Origin: Moniliella sp. 'wahieum' | Lineage: Eukaryota | Assembly: GCA_003971905.1 (NCBI GenBank) | Contig: RSEE01000026.1 | Coordinates: forward strand, 1 to 64,000 | Direction: 5' to 3' | DNA length: 64,000 nt | In this document: piece by piece, positions 51,901 to 62,884 of the stretch | Layout: each line of letters starts with the position of its first letter | How positions within the stretch are numbered: position 1 is the first letter of the stretch | Program-made: the position numbers and the translations under genes | Notes under the pieces: generated by a model | What the model saw: the letters and a program-made list of their open reading frames with translations, nothing else | Told to the model about the DNA's origin: nothing | The model's database searches: none

Positions 51901-53855
51901 CAACCTCGTTGGTGATATCACGGAAACGGACGAGGGCTTCCTTGAGCTTCTCGTTTTGCCGCTCCAATTGGGCGATGGTAGCTGCAGCACGCATGTCGGT
52001 AGCGCTTGGGGCTCCATCCCTGTTACCCTCCAGACCAGTTGGGGAGAAAGAACCGTGGTCTTGGATGCGATCAAGTGCATCCTGCTGCTGCTCCTGCAGC
52101 ACCTCGAGATCAATTTGGAGCTCATCGGCACGGAGTGTCTCTTGCTCTAGCTGCTCTTGAAGCAGCTCTACTTGTTCTTCCGCCACTTCCTTATCAAGCG
52201 TAGACATCTCCAGCTGCTCGCTCAAATCTTGAATTTGGAGCTCCATCTGGTTACGCTGGCTCAACCATTCCTTCTCCATCTTCTCGTAGTTGCGCACATC
52301 TTGCTCCAGGTCTTGCATTCGCTCTCCATCTTTCCTTTTTGCGACAGGAACTTGGCTGCATCCTCCTTGTATTGCTCCAGCTCCCGCAGACGATCACGAG
52401 CCTCCTCCTTCTGTCGCTCGAGCACTGTTACCTTTTTGTACACGTCGGTCACTTCGCGGGAAGAGAGTACGTCTTTGACAGGCGAGGCTGCCATGGTGCC
52501 TGTTGTGGAAAAGGACGCAGACACTCCGCCAAAGCGCGCCGAAGGCGACTCATCATTCAGTTCCACCAGCGCATCCTCCTCATCTTCCTCTAACTCAGCA
52601 GAAAGCCCAGTCAAGAACTCAGACCTCCCCCCCTCACGATCCCGCTCGCTAGGATCAAACTCGGTCGAACGCGGTAAGACCAAGTCGTCTGAGCCCTCAT
52701 CGGGCGGGTCACTGCGCTGGCCAAACTGAACTTGACGGTCGCCGAAGCCAGAAGTCCGAGCACGGGTCGATGGGGCGGAGCTCGGTTGACGAGCAGGACG
52801 ATCCGAAGGAGTAGTACGAAGCGGGTTGGTGCGGGGAGCCAAAGCGGAAGAGGAGGTGGTGGCCGCCGGCCCGGCGCGGCGCGTGGCAGGCGTGGTCATA
52901 GCAGCCCCAGATCTACGAGCTGGGGCCGTTGCAGGGGTCGTTGCGGGGGTTGTTGCAGGGGTCGATACAGGGGTTGTTGCTGTGGCCGTCGCACGCGTAC
53001 GGACAGATGCGGAGGATGCAGGAGCAGAGCGAGTAGTAGTGGTAGGGGGCGGGTCCCTGGACGGGTCGCCATCGAGGGACGGGCAGCAGGAGTGGGGACG
53101 GCTGCGGCGGATGAGGCGCGAGAGACTGCGGGAGAAGGAGATGGGCGAGCTGAGGATCGTGGCGTGATCGATGGACGCAACCGGGCCGGCACCATGCTAG
53201 CGCCCATAGTCTCTCGTTTCAACGGAGAACCACGCGAGGACGGAGGTGTAGGTCGTGTCGAGACCGGGCGGCTCGCGACAGCGGAAGAACGTGTCCCTAG
53301 GTTGGGAGATGCGGCAGCACCGATAGCAGAAGGGGATGAAGAAGTAGCGGTAGCAGTCCTTACTCGGGCGGTAGCCGACGGGTTCGACCGTGTTGCCTGT
53401 GTGCAGCAAATGGTTTCATGTCAGAAAGAGCCCTACTCACCAGGCCATGAGGAAGGCAGGACGTACAGTCGCTGTTCGCGCAGACACCGATGGCCGAGGG
53501 CTCCTGGAAGCTACAGTAGATGGCGTACCGGAGGCACTTTTGCGTGCAGGAAGAGGCTTATAAGGGTCGCTGGGGATGACGGACAACTCGTCGTCGGGCA
53601 CGCTTGATGCTAGCGCTGGCGGGAGAGCATGTACCTGGGTGGGGCGGACAAATACACCATGTTTTGGTGGGCAATCCTGGATGTACACCTGTCCCTGCAC
53701 CGATCCGTCGTTCTTGCCGTTGGGAAGGTCGAGCACAACGCCGACCCACTGCCCCGGAGCAAAACGGGGCTGGCCAAGATACATAATCTTGCCCACCCGA
53801 GCCTGCTGATCTCGACGCGCTGCCCGACCCACAGCTGGGGCGCATTGGCGCTCAT
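48918..53855 (-). CDS. Dynactin p150Glued subunit (DCTN1/Nip100/Ro-3-like)
   Basis: CAP-Gly motif FAPGQWVGVVLDLPNGKNDGSVQG...GVFVRPTQV, basic Ser/Pro linker, coiled coil LEMSTLDKEVAEE...NEKLKEALVR, LDDALNAEEMLEELTERNL, ELNDELEE, then the dynactin domain. Introns near 53400-53465 and 50105-50168. Confidence 0.95.
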
Positions 53856-54336
53856 TGTGGAAACTGCTTTCGGGCACGCAAATGGCAACAGAAACGGAAT
53901 GGACAGGAACAGGGGCAGGGGCGATGGCAGGAGAACAAGAAGTGGTGATGGTGGTGATGGTGGTGATGGTGGTGATGGTCATGGCGTGACCAAAGCAGCA
54001 AGAGATGAGTGAGACCCCGCAATAAGAACGCCCTCCCTAGGGCGTTGGTAGGAGGCAGACACAACCCTACATGTAACCCTAGCGCTCCACGCTCACGCTC
54101 CTAACCGACCTACCCAGGTCTACCCATAGCCTACCCCCGTTGTTCCCCATGGGCCTCATCTATCCGATCGATCATCATCAACCTCGTTGGCCATCCCGAC
54201 TGGTCTGCTTCCGGCTGCACTCGCGCCTATCTCCCAAAGCCTTAGATGCCCCCAACCATCGATTCGTAGTGCAGGATACCAACAGGACCAGGCACCTTAT
54301 GCGTCCATCCTGCCCACTCAAACGTCAGTTCCCCTT

Positions 54337-55581
54337 TCATCCGGCGCAAAAACGGTCCACGTACTCATTCACACACTCCCACTCCCCCTTCAGGTTCTCC
54401 TTCCATAGCGTAACTTTGCCGTCGCCACACGAGACGGCCAATACGTTACCCGAGATGGACCAGGACACTTTCCAGACCGTGTCGGGGAACTTCCCTTGTC
54501 CATCGGAAGAAGGGTCCAGGGTGACTTTGGACCATTCGGATGACATTGCCTCTTGCGTCCAGATGAGCACGGTACGGTCCTGCGATGCGGTCGCCAGCTG
54601 TGTCCGGGGCAAGCCTTGACCGGGAGCAAAGGCCACATCACGCACCCAATCCGTATGTCCAGCAAGTGGGACGGCCTCCTCAACCCACCGGTTCTGCTCC
54701 TCGCTAAACTCCCACAGCTTGACCACATTGTCGCATCCGGCACTCGCAAACCTCCGCACGGGGGGAAGCGCCTGCGCCGCATCCTTGCCCACGCCAAGCT
54801 GAGGGTTAACCAGGCTGCCGGGAACCACGGCCGGCGCCCACGAGACGGCATTGCAGCCAATCGGATGGGCAGTGACCATGTCCACTGCCCAAGTGCCGTT
54901 GACTATCGGACAAGGAAACATGTCAGTTTACTAACCCTCGACATAAAATGAGAACGGGCCACGCACAATTGAACGTCAATACCGACACGTTACCATCGGA
55001 CGAAGCACAGGCCAGTACAGCGCCCAGTTCAGGCGGGGCCCAAGCCAACGAGTTGACCGAAGCCGAATGCATGGCATGCTCCTTGATCTTTTGCCACGAC
55101 CCAGTCGGTTGCTGGAGGTGTCGCCCGCCCCGTGCCGGCGCGGCAGCGGGAGCCTCCTCGTACTTCCAAATCAAGACCTTGCCATCGTACGACGCGCTAG
55201 CCAAAATCGAGCCGAATTTGGGGTGGGCCCATGCGACCTGCCACACCGGCCCCTCGTGGCCGGTCAGAGACACACCTGGACCAGTCGCCGCGCCGTCCAC
55301 AACATCAAAAATCTTGACACTCCGGTCGGAACTGCAAGTAGCCAATCGGCGCCCGTAAAAGTCGAGCTGGGCATCGTGCTGAGCAGAATCGCTCTCGTCA
55401 GTTCCGCTCCTCAACACAGGGGGGTGCAGGCCACGTACAATCATATCCTCATGGTGAGTTTCAATGGTTTTGGGCTCCGCAACGGGCGGGGCAACGGGAG
55501 GGGCAGCAGCAAGAGCCTGTGCAGTAGCAAACAAGCGGTCAGATAAGGGTTTCGAGCGCGGGGCGAGTTGGAGCATACCAT
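54337..55581 (-). CDS. SEC13: COPII/nucleoporin WD40 protein Sec13
   Basis: ATG-only exon, intron 55578..55517, then [85 protein letters not shown]. Confidence 0.97.
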
Positions 55582-56389
55582 CGTTGGTGAGAAATAGCGT
55601 GGTGGTGGTAGAGGCTGAGAAGACGGCAGCGAGCACCATGGACGTGGCGCCGGCGAGCTGGCCACGTTGCTCCAACGAACAGATTGACTGGCCTTGTGCG
55701 GCTGGGTGTTATGTAATACAGGAAACGTTCAATTTTCCAGTGCCAGGTGCCTTCCATGTGTGATCATCGATCATCCGTTTGAGTCGGGCGTCACGCGTCA
55801 CGCGTCGCCTGTCACGCGTCACAATCATCATGCGATGAGAATGGCACGATCATGCATCATACATTGGCATGATCATCGATCATCCATCCTGCATCATGCA
55901 CATTTTCGCCAAAATGCGAGCTTGTTCAGGATCGATGGATGTGTCGCCTCGTGGCATACGCGAACCAACCCGATCTCAAATGCTAGCCTGTGGCCAGCTA
56001 CATCCACCCAAAGCCACACGGCCTGGTCCCGCATAGAATCACAGATGGCCAAGGCATCTTACAGACGGTCCCCCAGACGATACTGCCTCTTGACATCTCC
56101 CATCATCACCGCGGGTATGCTGTAGCACCACTACATCATACTCCTCCTCCCTCTCCCTCTTCTCTACGTTTACGCATACGCGCGAATTGTTATCAACAAT
56201 GTTCACGCATTTCAAGCAAACTTGTCATTGACAGGCCAGCTTCAAAGCTGCGGGTCCCAGTAGTGGTATATAGCGTCGGGGACAGCTGCGCCTCCGAAAG
56301 GTATCCTCTGGGGCAAGGGAGGCAGACGGGGGGAGAAGGAAATAGGGGATTCAAGTTCCTAAGCACCCTTCAAGCGGCAAATACCAAGC

Positions 56390-57927
56390 GAGATTCACAA
56401 GGATGAACGGCCACTGCGCTCGTGCTCGTACGCACTGACAAAGGTCTCGATGCCCGTGAAAAATTGGCGAAATTGGCGAAAGTTATCATCCTCGCACATA
56501 TAATCCCGATACTCGTCCATGATCTCCTCACCACGGCGAAGCAGGTTAAGGCAGTAGTTGTACGAGTCAGAGTTGGGGGTAATCTCCGACTGAACGGGGA
56601 CTAAACGAGTAGTTGCCCTGGGGTCGGACGCACCGACGAGTGCCGCTTCCCACGCTGAGCAGGTTGAGTCTCCCCAACATTCGACATCCGAGTGCGCTTC
56701 CTACCCGTCACACCGTTCCGTGGCAGACCAGGAAAGGCTGCAGGTCTCTCTGACCTCCTGCTCCCAGGTGCAGAAGAGCGTGGCAAAACGGGCGGGTGCC
56801 GCGGCGGGACACAACAGCTTCGTCCTCGCCATCGTGCTCCAACAAAGCAGCCTCCACCATGCCTTCGTCTGTGGCATCCCCCGGCTCGGCCCCCATATCC
56901 ATCGTCATGCCCGCTTCCGCATCAGTCTCCACATCCTCTTCCTCATCCACCTCGTCGGTCGTCCCCTTTGCGCTCGAGTGGTACCTTCATTCCCATTCGC
57001 ATCGAGGGGCAAATCATCCCGTGGAAGAGTGTAGTTGACGGGATTTGGTACGGGGAGGAAGGGTGCCAGAGGGAATGCTCCACCTCAAGGTCGATCACAT
57101 GCTCGTCGTAGCGCAAGCGTAGATTGATATTGGAATGGCAAGCGAAACGTTGCGAATCGGACAAGTCGGTGACCTGTTTGGGTCGATACGTGCTCACCGC
57201 ATCCCACCGCTCGTCTTGCGCACAAAGACATTTGGCTGCCCACGTATCGCCCACACGCCACGTATTGCGCATATGGAAGCGGTAGCCGATCAGGCGATGA
57301 ATTTCGCTCATCAGCGCCTTGACCGCGCGCGTGCGCCGGCTGGTGTTGTGTGTATCATCCGCCATGGCAGTTTCGAGGGGCGGAAAGGCGCTCATGGGGA
57401 GGCGGGCGCGGTACACCAAGGGGGTTCCGGCCTTGCGACTGGTGTCCACTGCCGCGACAAACGCGCCCAGCTGGATAACGACGTGGCGACGCGATGTTTC
57501 CGGCAGGTGCGCAGCAGGCGGCCATTTTTGAAAAAGTGGTCCTTGGGCAACGTTTCGTGGCATCTGGGACACCGGATAAATGCGGGGGCGATCTTGGGAT
57601 CCATCCACGTTTTGCGCTGGCGGGACCGGGAGGTCGACTCGTTGGTAGTCGGGTTGGTGGAAGGATCTGCTGGTCACCCTCCCCGGGTTCCTGGCCTTGG
57701 CTGTCCTGCTCATCGTCATGGTCATTATCATCATCATGGATCTGACCATGGTTGAGATCTTGGTCATGGCCGTGATGGCCTTCATCGTGTTCATATCCCC
57801 CAGCAATCCCGTTTGCGACTTCGCTCGTCCCACCTAGATCCGGCTGCACGTTGCCAGCCTGGCTCGAGGGCAGGAGACGGGTGAGGCGGCCGGCGAAAAA
57901 ATCCTGCATGGGCACAAAGGTCGACAT
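56390..57927 (-). mobile_element. MULE/FAR1(WRKY-GCM1)-like DNA-binding gene with no visible transposase catalytic core
   Basis: CPRC...F...TCRKH zinc-finger-like motif, then CLCAQD...RFACHSNINL...EHSLWH (C-C-H-H, FAR1-like), then an acidic tail. No room for a DDE plus SWIM region, and no TIR found. Confidence 0.5.
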
Positions 57928-58491
57928 GGTTGGAGAGATGGCTGCTTCCTAGCGCATGCAACCCACGTCCAAACCGTGGGATGAGGGAGTAGCTAGCAAA
58001 CCGGAACGGTGTCTGTAGCTTGCCCCCTCTGCCGCTTGTTCTCGCGCCGATGCGATGAAATTGGCCGAAAACCGTGATTACGTTTGAAACGGTTGGGGAA
58101 AATACGACCCCCTGATTCGGAACAATCAGCGGTTCGATCGCTTACCTACGCAAATGTTGGGGATTCGAACATTGGGATCATGTCGATCATGCATCATGCA
58201 TCATGCATGCATCATCCCTATTGTGCTGAGAGTGGCCAGGTTCGGGGAGTGCGCGGCGAGTCCCGGATGGGTTTTCTGTGGATTTCCGGATCCCCACCAG
58301 TCCATGTTGAAGAGGGGTTAATTTGAGTATCCCCCCGAACTGGTTTCTGGGAATACCTGGTGTACCACATCCCAGTGTCGACTGTTGCGACGCGCGCCAT
58401 TGGTGTAGTATGGCCTAGTAGGGACCCAAGCCCAAGCCCGGTTGCCTCTCGGGCACACATTTCGTTCAGAAAAGGATAATCGGAACTGTGT

Positions 58492-59044
58492 TGTCACGGG
58501 CGGGCGCCGCCAGGGGCCCGCCCTGGGGTTTTTGGGGTACAATCCCTTAGGCGACGGTAGGTCGACTCACGGTAGTTTCGGGCTTAGGCTGGTTGGTGTG
58601 TCCGAGCGGAGCTAGGGACGAGGAGAGGTCTTTGGTGGGGCGGCTGCACTTGTGGCAAGGCTGCGTCTGCACCGGCTTGGGCCGTAGTAACGTGTCTGAA
58701 GCCTCCGGGACTTAGGGACGGGAGGAGGCAGCGGCGGACAAACACTGCCTTAACTGGGACTGGGAATCGCCGCGACCGAAGGAGGGCTCGCGCGATTGGA
58801 CTGACGAAGGGCTGGAGGACGAGTTCGGAGGAGATGTCGGACGCTAACAGGAGGAGCTGCCTGTACTGGATCAATTGGCTGGAAAACGGGCAGGGGTCGG
58901 ACAGGATAGGCGGGAAGGGACGAGAGTGGAGACGAGAGGATGACGAGAGGATGACGAGAATGGAAGGTGGGGGAAAAGATCCCCATCAACCAGGGGTACA
59001 GGCAGGATCAAAAGGGAAACGGATACAAGAGGGGGTGTAGAAAA
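58492..59044. mobile_element. Truncated second copy of LTR family B
   Basis: Collinear and highly similar to 19101-19790 from the TGTCACGGGC terminus onward. Lacks the MITE and the far terminus. Confidence 0.9.
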
Positions 59045-59597
59045 AGTCAACGACTAGTAGCCTTGTCCAGTAGCCCTCGTCCTGCTTCCTACCACCAACG
59101 CCTATCTCTCACCCGCAATCGATCGACTACGCTACTGTCCCAAACGCTTCAGCATCCATTGCGGTCTCCATAGCCGGGTGGATGGCTATACAGGTCACTA
59201 GGTCACTATTCTCCTCAGGTCTCACTTGAGCTATACTAGTGACTAGTGACTAGTGACCTACGGTGTTACATCAAAAGTCAAGGCGATAGCCCCTGGTCGA
59301 GGTCAAGGAGCTCCGATGTGTAACCATTCCATTTAGCTTTTGTGTTGGCTTTGTCCATGATCTCCGCAGCCCTAAGGTATATAGCCTCTGTTGCTCTTTC
59401 ATGCACCCTTGTATTAAGCGTGTCGTTGGCTGGCGTATTTGACCACCACACTGCCAACACTATAGTGCTACCGCATCACCCATCAGGGTGGCCATCTGGA
59501 CTGCGCCACTCTCATCTTCAGATAGGGGATGACGAATGTAATCCGCCTTGGAAGAGCATCAAAGAAGCGGGAGAGCATGCGTCTCTGGGAGAGGGGG

Positions 59598-59641
59598 CAA
59601 GTTTTAAGGTTAGAGGGGACAAGGTTTAAGGTTAGAGGGGG
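59598..59641 (+). repeat. 22-bp tandem duplication CAAG(T/G)TTTAAGGTTAGAGGGG(A/G)
   Basis: Two adjacent near-identical units just upstream of the transposase remnant. Confidence 0.75.
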
Positions 59642-59699
59642 CCGCGATCGTCTGCCGGACCTGTGACAAAAAAAGCACCCCACCAATGCATATCATATG

Positions 59700-61450
59700 T
59701 ACAACCCATCTCGCCCATCCTTTTACCAAGTCGCCACCACCATGTTTCGACGTCGGCTCACCAAAATGCCGACCGATGGAACGAGCTCGCACGCGTGCAC
59801 AATAGGACAGACACATCTGCTGTACCTTTTCCCGCGGCCTGATCCACGATGAAGCAGGAAGAGAGGTTGCTGTACCAGTTCCCCGCTTGCCCAGTTCAAC
59901 CGATGTCCGGTTTCATGCATGCACACGAAGGTGCGCAGGTACAGCCACAACGTGGTGCTGGGTGCGAAGATGGGGGCCAGTCACGCCATTGACGAGGTGG
60001 CCGAAGATGCGAGCATGCCCCAGCCACACCTGACGCATGCTCACCTTCCCTTGCTTCCCGTGCCTCCTCGCCTGTAGACACTACCATGGCCGAGGACGAG
60101 TTATGCCAGACGTAGCCCAGTGTTCCTTTGGACCACCTTCAAGAGCCCACGGGCGTGTCCTTTGCCGCCCGCGGGCGCATGACAACCCGCTCGGCGCCCC
60201 GAATGAGCGTGTCGAGCAAATCCGCAACCAAGAGACTGATATTCATCAGCGATCTCAACACGGAGCGCAGAGGGCACCAATATCCGAGCTAGGGGTTTGT
60301 TGGCTAACCTAAAGACTGTGGGGTTGGGAAGGATGTGCGCACTATGCTTGTGGCTCTCCCATTCGCGGCACTCCCCATCCTCGAGACCGGAAAAGAGGCC
60401 AACGATGAGAAGGAGTTCACGTTTCCGGTTCCGCTTTATGACGCTATCGTCGCGGCAGCCGACCTGCATGGTTTGCTTTTCAGGACATGGTACCCGGCTG
60501 CCGGGCAGGCCAGGGGGCAGTTTATGGTACGTCCCACAGCCTTGATTGATATACGGGTTTAGACGCTGACATGCCTGTTATGGCTGGAATAGTACCGGGC
60601 GACCCAGACTGCATACCGACTGATCGAACGCCTTTCGAGACTCGGCCCCGACAGCGCCATGATCGCGACGCGACCGAAGCTCCATCTCCTCCTGGCGCAT
60701 ACGTCTGATGCGCTCGAATTGTTCGGCCCTCTCCAGAACACGGACGCTGCCAGATTCGAGGGTCGCGTGAAGCACATCCGTGCGTCCGTTGCCCATTGCA
60801 ACTTCCAGAACCTCCCGCGTGACACGTTGTACAACGTCATGGTCGCCGAGAAGATTCTGCACCACTCTTCACCGGGGTACGATGTGTCTAGTGACGCCTC
60901 GGTGGTGGCTCGGCCTGGGGCTCCTCCCGGGGTGCTGGAGCAAGGGAAGGAAGAGCCCGACTACGATTCTGATGGCATGTGGCGATTCCACGAATGGTGC
61001 TGGCCCCAGCCAAGAACCAATCCTCGGTGGATTGCGACAACCTCACCGACGAGGAGCTGGTCGTTTCCAGTTGGCGGGCCGTGTCAAGGTGCGGGCGCAG
61101 TACCTGGTGGGCAAGGCGGCTGTTATCGCTACAGGGGAGATGGTCCGTGTGGGGATGAACGTGACGATCGGCCAGAAGTCGGCCCAGTACAGCGCGTCCA
61201 CCGACTTTGTTATTGTCAAGATCCTCCGGGTTGGGCGCGACCCGTTGGATGAGAAGGCTGCCTGGGTCGGGTACAGGCCGTACGTCATCACGGGTAGCAC
61301 GCATCGCTCAGGCTGCCGCATTGTCCGCGAACTCGATGATGGTGATGCTCCTGAAGAGTTTGCCCTATTGACGGTGAGCACCGATGAGTGCTGAATCCGG
61401 CTGCGGGACGATTGCTCATCAAGTACTGACACTGGGACATTGACCACAGG
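59700..61450 (+). mobile_element. Degenerate CACTA/EnSpm(Tnp2)-like transposase
   Basis: LGKDVRTMLVALPF...LYDAIVAAADLHGLLF, then RPKLHLLLAHTSDALELFGPLQNTDAARFEGRVKHIRASVAHCNFQNLPRD, matching the PK.H...H......FGP......FE pattern of fungal CACTA-like transposases. Boundaries uncertain. Confidence 0.65.
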
Positions 61451-61497
61451 ATGTTGGCAGCGAGGCGCCTCTCCAGCACGCCTGCACCAAGAAGTGC

Positions 61498-61869
61498 ATG
61501 ATAGAGCAGGACGGCCAGAAAGTACTGGTGCACAACTACGAGAAGGACCCGATCTCGGGGGAGAACGAGGCGATAGAGTACTTTATCCTGGCGGCGTCTC
61601 ATTTTAAAGCCAAGAACGGGAAGCGGCTGGTATTGAACGAATACGCTATGCGAAGTCCACCACACCACAAGCCGCACATGGACTTGAGGATCAGCTGGAA
61701 GTCCCCGGAACTGAGCGCAAACGCGCTGAGCAAAGACGTGGCCCAGAGGATTGCAACGAACGATGCCATGCACCTGTGGGACAAGCGCGCCAAGAAGAAG
61801 ACACCTGCCGTGGCCGCTGTCGGAGGAGGGGGCAACAGCGACGACTCTTCGGACAGTGATAATGATTGA
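61498..61869 (+). CDS. Small hypothetical ORF following the transposase, possibly element-encoded
   Basis: 123-aa ORF with natural-looking composition and an acidic C-terminus. No recognisable motif. Confidence 0.3.
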   Translation: MIEQDGQKVLVHNYEKDPISGENEAIEYFILAASHFKAKNGKRLVLNEYAMRSPPHHKPHMDLRISWKSPELSANALSKDVAQRIATNDAMHLWDKRAKKKTPAVAAVGGGGNSDDSSDSDND

Positions 61870-62884
61870 TGCGAGAACCAAATGGACATGCATTCGCGAT
61901 GAGGATGAGTATAGGTTTGGTGGCAGTCGTCAGTCATCAGTAGCCAGGCCATAGGGCGGTGCGCATCCCGGACCCATCAGCCCGAACCTCTCGAGACGTG
62001 AGATGGGGCCATGAGCGGCGCTTTGACATGATGCGCATGCGACATAAGCTTCTTTTGCCGGCGAACGAGCCAGGTGACGGGTGACTGTCATGCGTCCCCG
62101 CGCAGGGGCATGGCCGAAGCGAAGGGGCGGTTATGGAGTAAGAGGCCAGACGGTGAGGCGTGGGTTGCAGCCCCAAATGGCTGTCGCCACAAGCGTCGGG
62201 TCTCTGCCACCTGCCTCTTCAGCCCCACTCCGCTTATCCAGCCCATCTACCATCTTCCAATCCCGCCATTACCCAATTTTTCACACCCGCCCGGGTCATG
62301 TGCGATGTCAAACCCAATCATGTCTTGTCTTGGCGCGTGGACAGTCACGATTATTCATTCATCGCCGCATCAGCCACGCTCTTGTTGTGCAAAATGGTCG
62401 TCAATCTGCTGACGAATCTCTATATAGCTTTTGGTGGTAGCTCATATCGTGTGAAGAAGTATTCGTTGGAGATCCCGTGTACAACGAGAGGGACAGAGAA
62501 CTGAATCATTGCTATAATCCCGCACTATCGAGTGGGTAGGCCAGGTGAGCGGGAAAGGGTGGGTGGGTGATGAGTGCGGTGGCGCTTTGTGTGTGATGGT
62601 TTGGTCTGCACAAGGAGAGCCAATAAAGCGCGCATGGCCGGAGCGCATTTAAGCTATTTAAGCTTAATCGCGATCACCTCGGGTCGGTGGGGTGGGTGCC
62701 TCGCTTGAAGCATGAAGCTTGAAGCTTGAAGCTTGGCAAGGCCCCTCTCATTGTTTGACGTCTCATATGTAAGCCCTCTTTCACCACACCGCCCACCCCT
62801 TCTGTCTCCGCGCCCCCCTCAACCACCACCTCGCATCTATCCCAGCCCCCCGAGTGCAGTGCCAACCCCCACACCGCACCCAGC

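Noticed and set aside
528..55581. Functional cluster of microtubule and nuclear-transport genes (kinesin, RCC1, NudC, dynactin, SEC13)
   Set aside because: These genes are interspersed with unrelated ones and no shared regulatory signal is seen. Ordinary synteny or chance suffices.
12098..62733. Clusters of 6-bp restriction sites (AAGCTT, ACTAGT, ACGCGT, ATCGAT, ATGCAT) as polylinker or vector contamination
   Set aside because: The sites are tandem with 7-bp period, degenerate and dispersed over many intergenic regions, with no vector sequence.
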